Below are positions 36,192-45,507 of a stretch of DNA of 64,000 nt, piece after piece. The stretch spans positions 12,699-76,698 of the forward strand of contig JAAXXG010000003.1 of the NCBI GenBank assembly GCA_013334575.1. The letters run 5' to 3'. Source of the DNA: Candidatus Moraniibacteriota bacterium. GTDB lineage: Bacteria; Patescibacteriota; Minisyncoccia; Moranbacterales; UBA1568. Within the stretch, counting starts at the first letter, position 1; every line of letters starts with the position of its first letter. Below the pieces are notes generated by a model. That model saw only the letters and a list, made by a program, of their open reading frames with translations, did not search any database and was not told the DNA's origin. Made by a program: the position numbers and the translations under genes.

Positions 36192-37058
36192 ATGGAATAT
36201 TCGGACCTGGTACGCGACGTATTTTCGGATGGGGAGAAAAAGCGGTTCATAACCGACAGTCTTCGCGACTCGATGACCCGTCTCGGGTTCTCTGGCGCTC
36301 TGCGCGACGAATTCCTGCGAAACATCGATACGCTTACCGTTGCCGATTTTATCGGGCGACATAAAAACGAGCTCCAGCGGGTTCAGAACGAACATTTTTT
36401 CGGGGAGTTGGTGCCGGTATATTTCAAAGAGAACGTGGTTCCCGAAATACCGGCCGGGGGCAAGGTGCTTGATCTGGGATGCGGTCCCGCCATCCTGATC
36501 CGCTGTCTCATCGAACGGGGAACGAACCCGGAAATCGTCGGTTCGGATATCGCGGCCGACCCGCGCTGGAGCGGCATCGTTCCCGAAGATGCGCGGCTCG
36601 AAGTGGTACGGGAGTCCGAATTTCTTCCATATCTGAAACGGGAGCAGCCGGACCATGTCGCGGCGACGTGGGTATTCCATCACATGGAATACGCGGAGCA
36701 GGAACGATACCTGTCCGCGCTTCACAACGCCCTCAAGCCGGGGGCGACGCTTGTCGTGTTGGAAGACTCGTATTCGGAGGTCCTCCTGCCCGAGTCCGGC
36801 AGAGAGCGAGCCCTGGCGTTCATGCGGTGGAGCCCCGAGGACCGGCACAAAATCATGGGAGCGCTCGACTGGATTGCCAACCGGATTTTCAGCATGCGGA
36901 CCTCGATGCCGGTGCCGTTCGCGTATAGGACCCTGGAAGGCTGGGCAAAAGTTTTCGAGGAAGCCGGATTTTCGGTGAAAAAGACCAGATTCCTGGGATT
37001 TCCAGACAACAGGGATATACATACTCCCCAGAGCCTGATCGTCGCCGAGAAGCGATAG
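36192..37058 (+). CDS. Class I SAM-dependent methyltransferase
   Basis: Motif I is VLDLGCGPA. Post-I is VGSDIA. Motif II/III is LVVLED. Confidence 0.65.
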   Translation: MEYSDLVRDVFSDGEKKRFITDSLRDSMTRLGFSGALRDEFLRNIDTLTVADFIGRHKNELQRVQNEHFFGELVPVYFKENVVPEIPAGGKVLDLGCGPAILIRCLIERGTNPEIVGSDIAADPRWSGIVPEDARLEVVRESEFLPYLKREQPDHVAATWVFHHMEYAEQERYLSALHNALKPGATLVVLEDSYSEVLLPESGRERALAFMRWSPEDRHKIMGALDWIANRIFSMRTSMPVPFAYRTLEGWAKVFEEAGFSVKKTRFLGFPDNRDIHTPQSLIVAEKR

Positions 37059-37258
37059 CACGACGCGCCTGCCCGGCAACGGACCGGGCGTTGTATTTTT
37101 AGTATCCTTGTTATTTTTTCCTAGAGGGGATATCGTAAAAAGGAAGTAACATTAGGTGGTAATACAGCTGCAAGAAACCGTTTCGGGCCGAAAAATCAAA
37201 AGAAAATTGATCTGCTTGTCATGTACGAGCATTTGTTTGTAGTCCAATAAATATAGAA

Positions 37259-38317
37259 TTGCAAAAATATATGGCAAAAAAAAATAAAAAAATAGAAGTC
37301 GTCGATCTTTTTAGTGGAGTAGGTGGTTTAACATACGGCTTAAGAAAGTCAGGATTGTCAGTTTTGGCTGGCATTGATAACGACCAATCATGTGCATATG
37401 CATATGAGAAAAATAATAAGGCAAGGTTTTTATCTGTTGATATATCGAAGTTTGATTTTAAAGAATTGAATAAAATTTATTCGAGGAACAGTGTTCGAGT
37501 ACTTGTTGGGTGCGCTCCGTGTCAACCCTTTTCTTCTCATGCTTATAAATTACGTAAAGACGAAAGTGACGTGCGCTGGAACTTGCTCAGTCATTTTATT
37601 AGAGGAATAAAAGTCGTCAAACCGGATATTGTTTCAATGGAGAATGTTCGAGGAGTTACGAAAACTGATGTATTTAAGAACTTCGTGAGTGAACTTGAAA
37701 AACTTGGTTATAAAGTTGATTGGAAAGTTGTATATGCACCAAATTATGGTGTGCCACAAAATCGAAGCCGCCTTATTTTGCTTGCTTCAAGACTTGGTGA
37801 AATTTCTATACCAAAAGAAACTCATACAAAAGACAATTATGTTACTGTTGGCGATGTCATTCGTGAGTTGCCAAGGATTGAAGCAGGGGAAGCATCAAAG
37901 CAGGATAAATTACATCAAGCAAAGAAGCTGGAACTTATAAATGAAAGGCGTATTTTGCAATCGAAGCCTGGTGGCACTTGGCGCGATTGGGATAAGAGTT
38001 TATTGCCGAATTGCTATAAAAAAGATAGTGGACAAACGTACACATCGGTATATGGACGTATGAAGTGGGAGGACGTATCGCCGACGATTACCACGCAATT
38101 CACAAGTTACGGATCCGGGCGATTTGGACATCCTGAACAGAATCGAGCGCTTTCAATTCGTGAGGGTGCGCTTTTGCAAACATTTCCCATTGATTATGAC
38201 TTTGGAGATTTTCCGGCTGCAAAATTGAGTCGACATATTGGTAATGCAGTGCCTCCTCAGTTGGGTGTTGTAATTGGAAGGCAAATAAAGAAACACATTG
38301 AAATCTATGGAAAGTGA
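37259..38317 (+). CDS. DNA (cytosine-5)-methyltransferase (Dcm type), AT-rich gene
   Basis: Motif I is VVDLFSGVGG. Motif IV is GCAPCQPFS. Motif VI is ENV. Motif VIII is QNRSRLIL. Motif X is GNAVPP. Confidence 0.9.
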   Translation: MQKYMAKKNKKIEVVDLFSGVGGLTYGLRKSGLSVLAGIDNDQSCAYAYEKNNKARFLSVDISKFDFKELNKIYSRNSVRVLVGCAPCQPFSSHAYKLRKDESDVRWNLLSHFIRGIKVVKPDIVSMENVRGVTKTDVFKNFVSELEKLGYKVDWKVVYAPNYGVPQNRSRLILLASRLGEISIPKETHTKDNYVTVGDVIRELPRIEAGEASKQDKLHQAKKLELINERRILQSKPGGTWRDWDKSLLPNCYKKDSGQTYTSVYGRMKWEDVSPTITTQFTSYGSGRFGHPEQNRALSIREGALLQTFPIDYDFGDFPAAKLSRHIGNAVPPQLGVVIGRQIKKHIEIYGK

Positions 38318-39953
38318 AAAGTATACATTTAATATATCCCTGAGCGTTTTAAATCATCTTGGCAGAAATTTATATCGCAGCTTTGTTACGATACTTGGTG
38401 AGGGTATTTCTAATGCTTGGGACGCTGACGCGGACAGCGTTTATATTTACTACGATTCCGAAAATCAAACCTTATGCATCATGGACGATGGTGCTGGTAT
38501 GAGTTCTGAGGATTTTCAGGGTAAATTTCTACGTGTAGGCTATACAAAACGAAAAGGTTGTGGCCTAACAAGCCCTGGAGGGCGTCATTTTATTGGGCGT
38601 AAAGGGATTGGAAAGCTAGCACTTCTGTCTGCCGCTCAAACTGTAACAGTCATAACTAAGACCAAAGATGGCGAGTTTGTTTGTGGTGTTATTGATAACG
38701 GCGGATTGGACGAGGCTATTGATGAGGACACACAACAGGCTGATTATCCACTAGGTACGGTTGATCCTATCGCTTTTCTAGAGGAAAAGAATATAAGGAT
38801 TAACAAATCAGGTACCGTCGTTTGGTTTGATGGGTTGAAAGAAAAAGCAAGCCATAGTTTTGATTTTATAAAAAAATCTCTTGCTCTTTACTTTAGATTT
38901 TCATTGCAGGACTCAAATTTCAAAATATATTTTAATAATGAATTGGTCACGGTGAAAGAATTGCAAGGACTTTGTGATAGAACTCAGTTTTTATGGCAAC
39001 TCAACGATTCATTCTCTGATGATTTTATAAATCAAATGAGTCCAAAAAGAACTGATGTAATACTTGATGATCAAAAAATAACGGGGTTTATTGCATCTGT
39101 TAATGAGCCTAGAGACAGAAACATATTTGGCTCAGGAGAACGTGTTGGTATTGATGTGTTTGTGAACGGACGCATTAGAGAAGTTGATATACTAAAACAC
39201 TTTCCTCGATCACGTATCCCCGAGCAATATTTATATGGACAAGTTCATCTAAACGATTTCGACAATGACGAAGTTGACCGGTTTACAAGCAGTCGTGAAG
39301 GAATACATGTTGATGATCCTGATTTTAAAATAATTCGTGAAAAACTTGGCGAAGTAGTTAATTCCATTATTAAACAATGGGATGTTTGGCGGCTTGAATT
39401 GAGAGAAGAGGGAGATAGCGATAACGAGGAAAATCTTAAAAAAGAGCAACGATATTCAAGAAATTTATATAACCAAGTGGCCTCAAAATATGTGCCAGCG
39501 TCTGAACAAGCCGATACGGTCAGACAATGGGAACATGAGCTGGAGAAAGACGCCGAATTAAATCTTCGTTCGTATGCAGAATGCTTCATCTCTGAAAATT
39601 TGGTTAGAAGGTATTGGCAAGAGAAAGAAATTAATCCAGACCAAAACTCATCGCAAGAAGTAAGTCATTGGAGAAACTGTGAGACAAGAGACAAAAATCA
39701 GGCAAATATATCAATAGATATACGTCTTGATAACGATGACAAATACTACATTGGAATGGAGAACTTAGCGCGACAAGCAGAGGCTCCGGGAGCTGCTGGT
39801 TCTGGTAACGCTAGTTTGCCACATGATGCAAAGGCTTTTGCGCCGTTGAGAAATGCAGTTATGCACACTTCTTTACTCACAGATCAAGCAAAAAGTAGAT
39901 TAACTACAGTCCTGGATAATATAAGAGGGCGGATTAAAACTTTGCTTCAATAA
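38298..39953 (+). CDS. MORC/HATPase_c_3-type GHKL ATPase (551 aa) with C-terminal Rx4H HEPN-like motif
   Basis: The N-box reads EGISNAWDADA, G1 reads IMDDGAGMS and G2 reads GRKGIGKLA. The C-terminus has LRNAVMH (Rx4H). Its start overlaps the dcm 3' end by 20 nt. The gene is AT-rich. Confidence 0.6.
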   Translation: MKSMESEKYTFNISLSVLNHLGRNLYRSFVTILGEGISNAWDADADSVYIYYDSENQTLCIMDDGAGMSSEDFQGKFLRVGYTKRKGCGLTSPGGRHFIGRKGIGKLALLSAAQTVTVITKTKDGEFVCGVIDNGGLDEAIDEDTQQADYPLGTVDPIAFLEEKNIRINKSGTVVWFDGLKEKASHSFDFIKKSLALYFRFSLQDSNFKIYFNNELVTVKELQGLCDRTQFLWQLNDSFSDDFINQMSPKRTDVILDDQKITGFIASVNEPRDRNIFGSGERVGIDVFVNGRIREVDILKHFPRSRIPEQYLYGQVHLNDFDNDEVDRFTSSREGIHVDDPDFKIIREKLGEVVNSIIKQWDVWRLELREEGDSDNEENLKKEQRYSRNLYNQVASKYVPASEQADTVRQWEHELEKDAELNLRSYAECFISENLVRRYWQEKEINPDQNSSQEVSHWRNCETRDKNQANISIDIRLDNDDKYYIGMENLARQAEAPGAAGSGNASLPHDAKAFAPLRNAVMHTSLLTDQAKSRLTTVLDNIRGRIKTLLQ

Positions 39954-40128
39954 AGAAACTCACTCGCGTTATCAGGTCTTTGAGCGCGTGCTGTTAGGTG
40001 TTAGGGTAGGTCAGGCACAAGTAAATTAACTTGTGCGTTAGTGTAAACCGCTTTGAATGTCGGCAAGAAAATGGGTCAGTTACTCTTTCGAAGAGGATTT
40101 TTGAACCCATTGGCGGCTCGTGACCCGG

Positions 40129-40385
40129 AACGTGTTTCCTGATAGAGTGGTGAAAATACGTAGCGGGAAATAGTGATGAAGCGTATCCGGACCATCGTCC
40201 TTACCGGCGGGCCGTGCGGCGGCAAGAGCACGGTCCTGCGGGCCTTGCGCGAGGAATTCGGCGACCGGCTGGTGCCGGTGCCGGAGGCGGCGACCGTCCT
40301 CTTCGAGGGTGGTTTTCCGGTTCCCGGCCGCGATATCGAATGGAGCGAGGAGTGGCGGGAGGCCTTCCAACCGGCCGTGTTACAT
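40129..40385 (+). repeat. Copy 1 (~257 bp) of the promoter plus 5' end of the 43917 P-loop kinase gene
   Basis: It is about 95% identical to 43862-44120 and then diverges. Confidence 0.8.
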
Positions 40386-40415
40386 CTTTTCGGGGAGGAT
40401 GTTACATGTCTCTAG
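40176..40415 (+). pseudogene. Truncated N-terminal fragment (~70 codons) of the AAA_28-type P-loop kinase
   Basis: MKRIRTIVLTGGPCGGKSTVLRALREEFGDRLVPVPEAATVLFEGGFPVPGRDIEWSEEW is identical to the 43917 gene product. Unrelated sequence and a stop follow. Confidence 0.7.
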
Positions 40416-40518
40416 GGGGATATGTTACATCTTTTTTAGGCTTATATCGGTTTCTTTTGCTTTAATAAGGCATTTGTGCTACGATCTCGTTACATGATTT
40501 CAATCCTCTAGCACATCT

Positions 40519-41661
40519 ATGCGTGATAACCTGCATATCCCGAAACCCGATTTCGGGTCCAATCTCACTCGGCTGGTCGTCAAATTGGACCATCTGCGGT
40601 CACAGAACCTGTCCGGGAGCACTCCGGCGCATATCTTCTTCCAACTCAAGGAGATCTTTCACCTGCTCGAAAGCCTCGGCTCGACGCGCATAGAGGGAAA
40701 TCATACGACCTTAGCGGAGTACATCGAGACGAAGATCACCCCGGACGAACATCCGACGGAAGGGATCCGGGAGATACAGAACAACGAGGAAGTCATGGAT
40801 TTCGTCGAGAAGACCGACACGACCGGTCCGATTACGCACGCCTTCATCCGTGAAATCCAAAGCATGATCGTCCGCGACCTCTCGACAAACAGGGAGGGCG
40901 ATCATACTCCGGGACAATATCGGAACAAGAACGTCGCAATCAGTCATTCCGAGCATACGCCGCCGGACTTTGTCCGGGTCCGGGAATACATGGACGAGCT
41001 GGTCGACTTCATAAATGCTGAGAATGAACCGCAGTTCGATTTGCTGAAGACTGCGATCATGCATCATCGGTTCGCCTGGATACACCCGTTCGGAAACGGG
41101 AACGGTCGGACCGTGAGAGCGTTGACGTACGCGATGCTTATACGCCAGGGATTCAATCTGGAGAAGGGACGTCTGGTAAATCCGACCGCAGTCTTTTGTG
41201 TCGACAGGAACCGGTACTACGAGATGCTCGAGAAGGCTGATTCGGGGAATGATGCTGACGTGCTCGCATGGTGCGAATATGTCTTGGACGGACTCGATCG
41301 TGAAATCACGAAAGTGAACCGGCTTACCGATTATGCCTATCTGAAGGACGTCATCCTGAAACCCGCCATCGGGATATCTTTCGAAAGGAATTTCATCGCG
41401 GAAAAAGAGCGGAAAATTCTTCTGATAGCGGTCGATAAGCCGCTTTTTCAGGCGGGAGATATCGCTCATCTGTTCCCGGGCGTCGCGCATACCGAGGTAT
41501 CCCGATTCCTCCGCGGGATGCGGGAGAAGAAACTTATCCGGCCAATCGCGCCGAATGCCAGGAAATATTCGATGGAAATCGCAAACGGGTATCTGTTGCG
41601 AGGCATCATGAAGGCACTCGATGAGAACGACTTTCTGCCCCTGAAGGGCGAGGCGGAGTAG
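40519..41661 (+). CDS. Fic-family protein (AMPylase/Fido domain)
   Basis: It has the Fic motif HPFGNGNGRTVRAL (HxFx[DE]GNGRxxR) and a C-terminal wHTH-like region. Confidence 0.85.
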   Translation: MRDNLHIPKPDFGSNLTRLVVKLDHLRSQNLSGSTPAHIFFQLKEIFHLLESLGSTRIEGNHTTLAEYIETKITPDEHPTEGIREIQNNEEVMDFVEKTDTTGPITHAFIREIQSMIVRDLSTNREGDHTPGQYRNKNVAISHSEHTPPDFVRVREYMDELVDFINAENEPQFDLLKTAIMHHRFAWIHPFGNGNGRTVRALTYAMLIRQGFNLEKGRLVNPTAVFCVDRNRYYEMLEKADSGNDADVLAWCEYVLDGLDREITKVNRLTDYAYLKDVILKPAIGISFERNFIAEKERKILLIAVDKPLFQAGDIAHLFPGVAHTEVSRFLRGMREKKLIRPIAPNARKYSMEIANGYLLRGIMKALDENDFLPLKGEAE

Positions 41662-41741
41662 AAACCCGTAAAAGAACGACCTGGTCCGGAAAAGGTGTCA
41701 GGTGCTTTTGACTGATGTCAGATGGCCGAGGGGCGTAAACG

Positions 41742-41846
41742 CCGTGACCCGGACCGCGTTTCCTGATAGAGTGGGGAAAATACGTAGCGGGAATCGATGA
41801 AGCGTATCCGGACTATCGTCCTTACCGGCGGGCCGTGTAGAGCCCT
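41742..41846 (+). repeat. Copy 2 (~105 bp) of the kinase promoter plus first ~30 codons
   Basis: It reads CCGTGACCCGGACCGCGTTTCCTGATAGAGTGGGGAAAATACGTAGCGGGAATCGATGAAGCGTATCCGGACTATCGTCCTTACCGGCGGGCCGTG. A TAG follows. Confidence 0.8.
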
Positions 41847-41891
41847 TTATGAATAGGTGGGGGTTGATTGAGTACTTAGTAAGGTATCTTT

Positions 41892-42464
41892 ATGATGAAG
41901 TTTGATGAGCCTCCGCGCGGCGGATCTTTAGAGGAGTGCTCTAAAGAGTCGTATATGAATCCTCGTTCGGATAGGCCGAAGTACAAGGGGCGTGATAGGG
42001 AAATCGGAGAGCGAGAAGCTAAACGACGACTCGCCATTCTTCCCAAGTTGGAAAAGATTTCTCGCGACTTCTGTGCGAAGCATTCCATAGAAAATTGTCC
42101 GATTTTGATTCCAAAGGGTTCTGCCGATGTCGGCATGAGTACTCCAGAGAGTGATTTTGATGTGGCGGTTGTTGTTAGCTCGCCTCATATTTTCCTGCAG
42201 GATCCGAACGTATGGAGGCAATATGTATCTATGCTTGAGGTGGCTGCTGATGAGGACTTCCGAGTGGAGCTACATCTTATTTCTCGATCGGAATCTGGTC
42301 TCCGTTTCGGAACGGAATTTTCCAATCATATTTCAAATGCTGAGTCGGATTCCGGATTCGGGGATTTATTTAAGAAGTTTGCTGAGTTTAAGATAGGAAA
42401 GGCGGATTGTATAAAGGATAAAAATCATGGCCAAGATACGTCCGACACGAATTCGATGGGGTAG
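41892..42464 (+). CDS. Minimal nucleotidyltransferase (MNT, Pol-beta superfamily)
   Basis: It has the motif KGSADVGMSTPESDFDVAVVV (GS...[DE]xD). It is a low-GC gene. The true start may be the internal ATG at 41955. Confidence 0.65.
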   Translation: MMKFDEPPRGGSLEECSKESYMNPRSDRPKYKGRDREIGEREAKRRLAILPKLEKISRDFCAKHSIENCPILIPKGSADVGMSTPESDFDVAVVVSSPHIFLQDPNVWRQYVSMLEVAADEDFRVELHLISRSESGLRFGTEFSNHISNAESDSGFGDLFKKFAEFKIGKADCIKDKNHGQDTSDTNSMG

Positions 42465-42505
42465 TTTTGAGTCTGTGTATTTTAGGATAAACCTGTCGCG
42501 GAACC

Positions 42506-42604
42506 CGTGACCCGGACCGCGTTTCCTGATAGAGTGGGGAAAATACGTAGCGGGAATCAATGAAGCGTATCCGGACTATCGTCCTTACCGGCGGGCCGTG
42601 CGGC
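42506..42604 (+). repeat. Copy 3 (~100 bp) of the kinase promoter plus first ~30 codons
   Basis: It is a near-identical paralog of 41742-41846. Confidence 0.8.
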
Positions 42605-42691
42605 AAAAAAGGGCCGGTCACCTCTTTTGCCCGGAGTGGGATCGCGATAGTGTCGGTATCGATAAAAGTTGCATGACACTTTTCTGCAGGA

Positions 42692-43795
42692 ATGTTTTTG
42701 GAACTTATTCGATCAATTTTTATGGAAAAATTTTTTACACAAGAAGTCAATGCGACCGGAAAGAGTATTGAGAAAGGGAGCGATTTTTTTGGGAGAATCG
42801 AAGAGCACTCTCGCGCCTTTGATCGTGAGACTGCTGATACGCGCAAGCGTTCTCGGGATGAAATACGAGAGCACTGGCGTGAGACGGAATGGAAAATCGG
42901 GGATACGACAGTGCATGCCATTGGCGTGATGCATGTGCCGGAGACGTTTTTGGAGTATCGCAAAGAAATCGAGAACGCAATCAAAGAAAGCGATATTGTT
43001 GTGAATGAATTCGCTCCCGAAGCGTTGGGTTTGTATGACAAGGAATCCGTACCGCACCTGCAACGGACGGCATCCCTGTTCAATGAGCATTATAATTTGG
43101 AACAATTACGGCAGATATATTTGAAGAACGAACGAGAATGGAATACGGGCATGTTTCATCATGAGATAGAGCTTCTTACGGCGAAATATGATAAAGATAT
43201 GGCGCTTATGGATCTCAATATGACCAAGGATTGTGAAGATTTGCTTCAGGGGAGCTCTTTGTATGCTCATGCTGCGGAACAGTCTGATGAGAATGCCGCA
43301 ACGCTCAAAAAACTCGGTTTGTACGCCGGGGCGGCCGCTTCAGTTGCCGGCGCCGTGGCGCAGAAACCCATGTCACGGAGGAAATTTTTGCGGCTTGCCC
43401 TTCTCGGTACCGGAGCGACGATAGCCGGAATAACACCAAAGCTGACTGAAACCCCGCCTCAAACAGCCATTAAGAAAGAGATGTCGATGGAGGACAAGCG
43501 GGTCGGCATGGTATTGCGTGATTTGCAAATCGCCGATTCTTTGCAGCGTCTTGCGGGGCTCGGGTATAAAAATATCACGTTTATTTACGGAGTCGGTCAT
43601 CTGTCCGGAGTCGGGAAACATCTGCATAATCCGGAAGAGTTTAGAAACATGTTGGATGAAAAAAAGGAACAACTTCATGCGTGCAATTCCGACGCCTTTC
43701 GCATATACCGTCTTGCGGACGGAGAAAATACGTCGGAAAAATTCGTCGCTTCGGACAAAAAGGTTTGGAAGCGCATCTCACCTGCAAGGGTTTAA
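42692..43795 (+). CDS. TraB/GumN-family protein
   Basis: The N-terminal motif reads TTVHAIGVMHVPETF (hxhVGxxHV). The C-terminal motif reads IYGVGHLSGV. It is a low-GC gene. Confidence 0.45.
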   Translation: MFLELIRSIFMEKFFTQEVNATGKSIEKGSDFFGRIEEHSRAFDRETADTRKRSRDEIREHWRETEWKIGDTTVHAIGVMHVPETFLEYRKEIENAIKESDIVVNEFAPEALGLYDKESVPHLQRTASLFNEHYNLEQLRQIYLKNEREWNTGMFHHEIELLTAKYDKDMALMDLNMTKDCEDLLQGSSLYAHAAEQSDENAATLKKLGLYAGAAASVAGAVAQKPMSRRKFLRLALLGTGATIAGITPKLTETPPQTAIKKEMSMEDKRVGMVLRDLQIADSLQRLAGLGYKNITFIYGVGHLSGVGKHLHNPEEFRNMLDEKKEQLHACNSDAFRIYRLADGENTSEKFVASDKKVWKRISPARV

Positions 43796-43916
43796 TTTCA
43801 GAAAACGTACCTTGTACTTCTCGAATGAAGTATCAGGGTCGAATTTTCGGGAGGCAAGGAACCGTGACCCGGACCGCGTTTCCTGATAGAGTGGGGAAAA
43901 TACGTAGCGGGAATCG

Positions 43917-44549
43917 ATGAAACGTATCCGGACCATCGTCCTTACCGGCGGGCCGTGCGGCGGCAAGAGCACGGTCCTGCGGGCCTTGCGCGAGGAATTC
44001 GGCGATCGGCTGGTGCCGGTGCCGGAGGCGGCGACCGTCCTCTTCGAGGGCGGTTTTCCGGTTCCCGGCCGGGACATCGAGTGGAGCGAGGAGTGGCAGG
44101 AGGCGTTCCAACCGGCCGTGCTGGCGCTGCAGGCCGCGCTCGAACAAAGTCACGCGCTCTTGGCCGCGGACCGGGACGTGGTGCTCGTGTGCGACCGGGG
44201 CCGGCTCGACGGGGCGGCGTATACCGAGGGCGGCGTCGGGGCGTTCTGCCGGATCCACGGGCTCGACGAGACCGAGACGCACGGACGGTACGACCTGGTG
44301 ATCCATCTGGAGTCGCTTGCGACGAGCCATCCCGAACGCTACGGGACCGAGGGGAACGCCGCGCGCTACGAGTCGCTCGAACAGGCGCAGGCGCTTGAGC
44401 GCGCGACGCGGGAGGCGTGGGGGAATCATCCACGGCGGAAAATGATCGGCGGGGAGCGGGGGATGGAGGGAAAGATCGAGGATGTGGTCGCGGTCGTGCG
44501 CGAACTGCTCGGCGAGGGCTCGGAATATTCCGATAAGGGACAACGATAA
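43917..44549 (+). CDS. AAA_28/NadR-like P-loop NTPase (predicted nucleoside/nucleotide kinase), full length
   Basis: The Walker A is LTGGPCGGKST. It is 210 aa. Its promoter and 5' end exist in three further upstream copies. Confidence 0.65.
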   Translation: MKRIRTIVLTGGPCGGKSTVLRALREEFGDRLVPVPEAATVLFEGGFPVPGRDIEWSEEWQEAFQPAVLALQAALEQSHALLAADRDVVLVCDRGRLDGAAYTEGGVGAFCRIHGLDETETHGRYDLVIHLESLATSHPERYGTEGNAARYESLEQAQALERATREAWGNHPRRKMIGGERGMEGKIEDVVAVVRELLGEGSEYSDKGQR

Positions 44550-45442
44550 TGAACTGGATCGTCCTTTCGCTCATCGCACCGCTGTTCTGGGCACTGACGA
44601 GCTTTGTCGACAAATACGTCCTCGGGAAGTATTCCCGCGGGCTGGCGGATTTCGTGTTCTTCTCGTCGCTCGGAAGCTGGCTGCTCTTTTTCGCGCTGAT
44701 GCCGTTTTCCGGGATGCCGGTTCTTAGTCTTCGGCTCCTTATTCCGGTCGCGACCGGAATGATGCTCATGTATTCCTACTGGCTCTACGGCAAAGCGCTC
44801 GGGGAGGGGGATGTCTCCACGACCATCATCCTGCTGTACAAGCTGATTCCGGTGGTCACGGCGGCGCTTGCGTTCGCGTTTCTCGGGGAGAGCCTCGCTC
44901 CGAAGGAACTTCTGGGATTCGTCATCGTCCTCGCCGGGGCGACCGCCGTTTCGTTCGAGCGGGGCGGCAAACTGCTCGTCCCGGGCCTTCCCGCCATCTT
45001 CGGGGTCGTGGTCCTCTGGTCGGTCATGACGCTTCTCATCGACTACGGATTGGAGGAAATCCCGTTCTGGCAGTACCTCATGCTCGACAGTCTCGGTTCC
45101 GCGGTCGCGGGACTTTCCCTGTTTCTTGTCCCGTCGCTACGGCGGGAGATGGTGGCGGGCATCCGGAGCGCCGGCGGCGGGAAGTATGCCTGGTACGTCG
45201 GGAACAATCTCCTCGACTTCGTCGGGCAGATGAGCGTCAAGAAGGCGGTCATGCTTGCTCCGGCCGTGAGCCTGGTGACGCTCGTCATCCAGGTCCAGTC
45301 GTTCTACGGGATCGTCATCGGGGCGCTGCTGACGGTCGTGGTTCCGCAGGTGATCCGGGAGGATATCTCGCCCCGTTCCCTGGTGCGGAAGGTCATCGGC
45401 GCCGCTGTCATGTTCTCCGGCATCGTCCTTCTGGTCGGGTGA
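44549..45442 (+). CDS. EamA/DMT-superfamily transporter
   Basis: It is ten-TM with duplicated EamA-like halves. Its start overlaps the upstream stop. Confidence 0.65.
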   Translation: MNWIVLSLIAPLFWALTSFVDKYVLGKYSRGLADFVFFSSLGSWLLFFALMPFSGMPVLSLRLLIPVATGMMLMYSYWLYGKALGEGDVSTTIILLYKLIPVVTAALAFAFLGESLAPKELLGFVIVLAGATAVSFERGGKLLVPGLPAIFGVVVLWSVMTLLIDYGLEEIPFWQYLMLDSLGSAVAGLSLFLVPSLRREMVAGIRSAGGGKYAWYVGNNLLDFVGQMSVKKAVMLAPAVSLVTLVIQVQSFYGIVIGALLTVVVPQVIREDISPRSLVRKVIGAAVMFSGIVLLVG

Positions 45443-45507
45443 CGGAACCCGCTTCCGCGAACGGTGGTCGTATAGTATTCTGAGGAGGCAGCCGATAGGC
45501 ATACCGT

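Noticed and set aside
42692-43795. Twin-arginine (Tat) signal inside the TraB-like protein (SRRKFLRLALLGTGATIAG at residue ~225)
   Set aside because: The motif is internal rather than N-terminal, so it is more likely a TM or linker segment of a TraB/GumN-family protein than a Tat signal. A frameshift creating two genes cannot be excluded but is not supported by an obvious ribosome-binding site or ATG.
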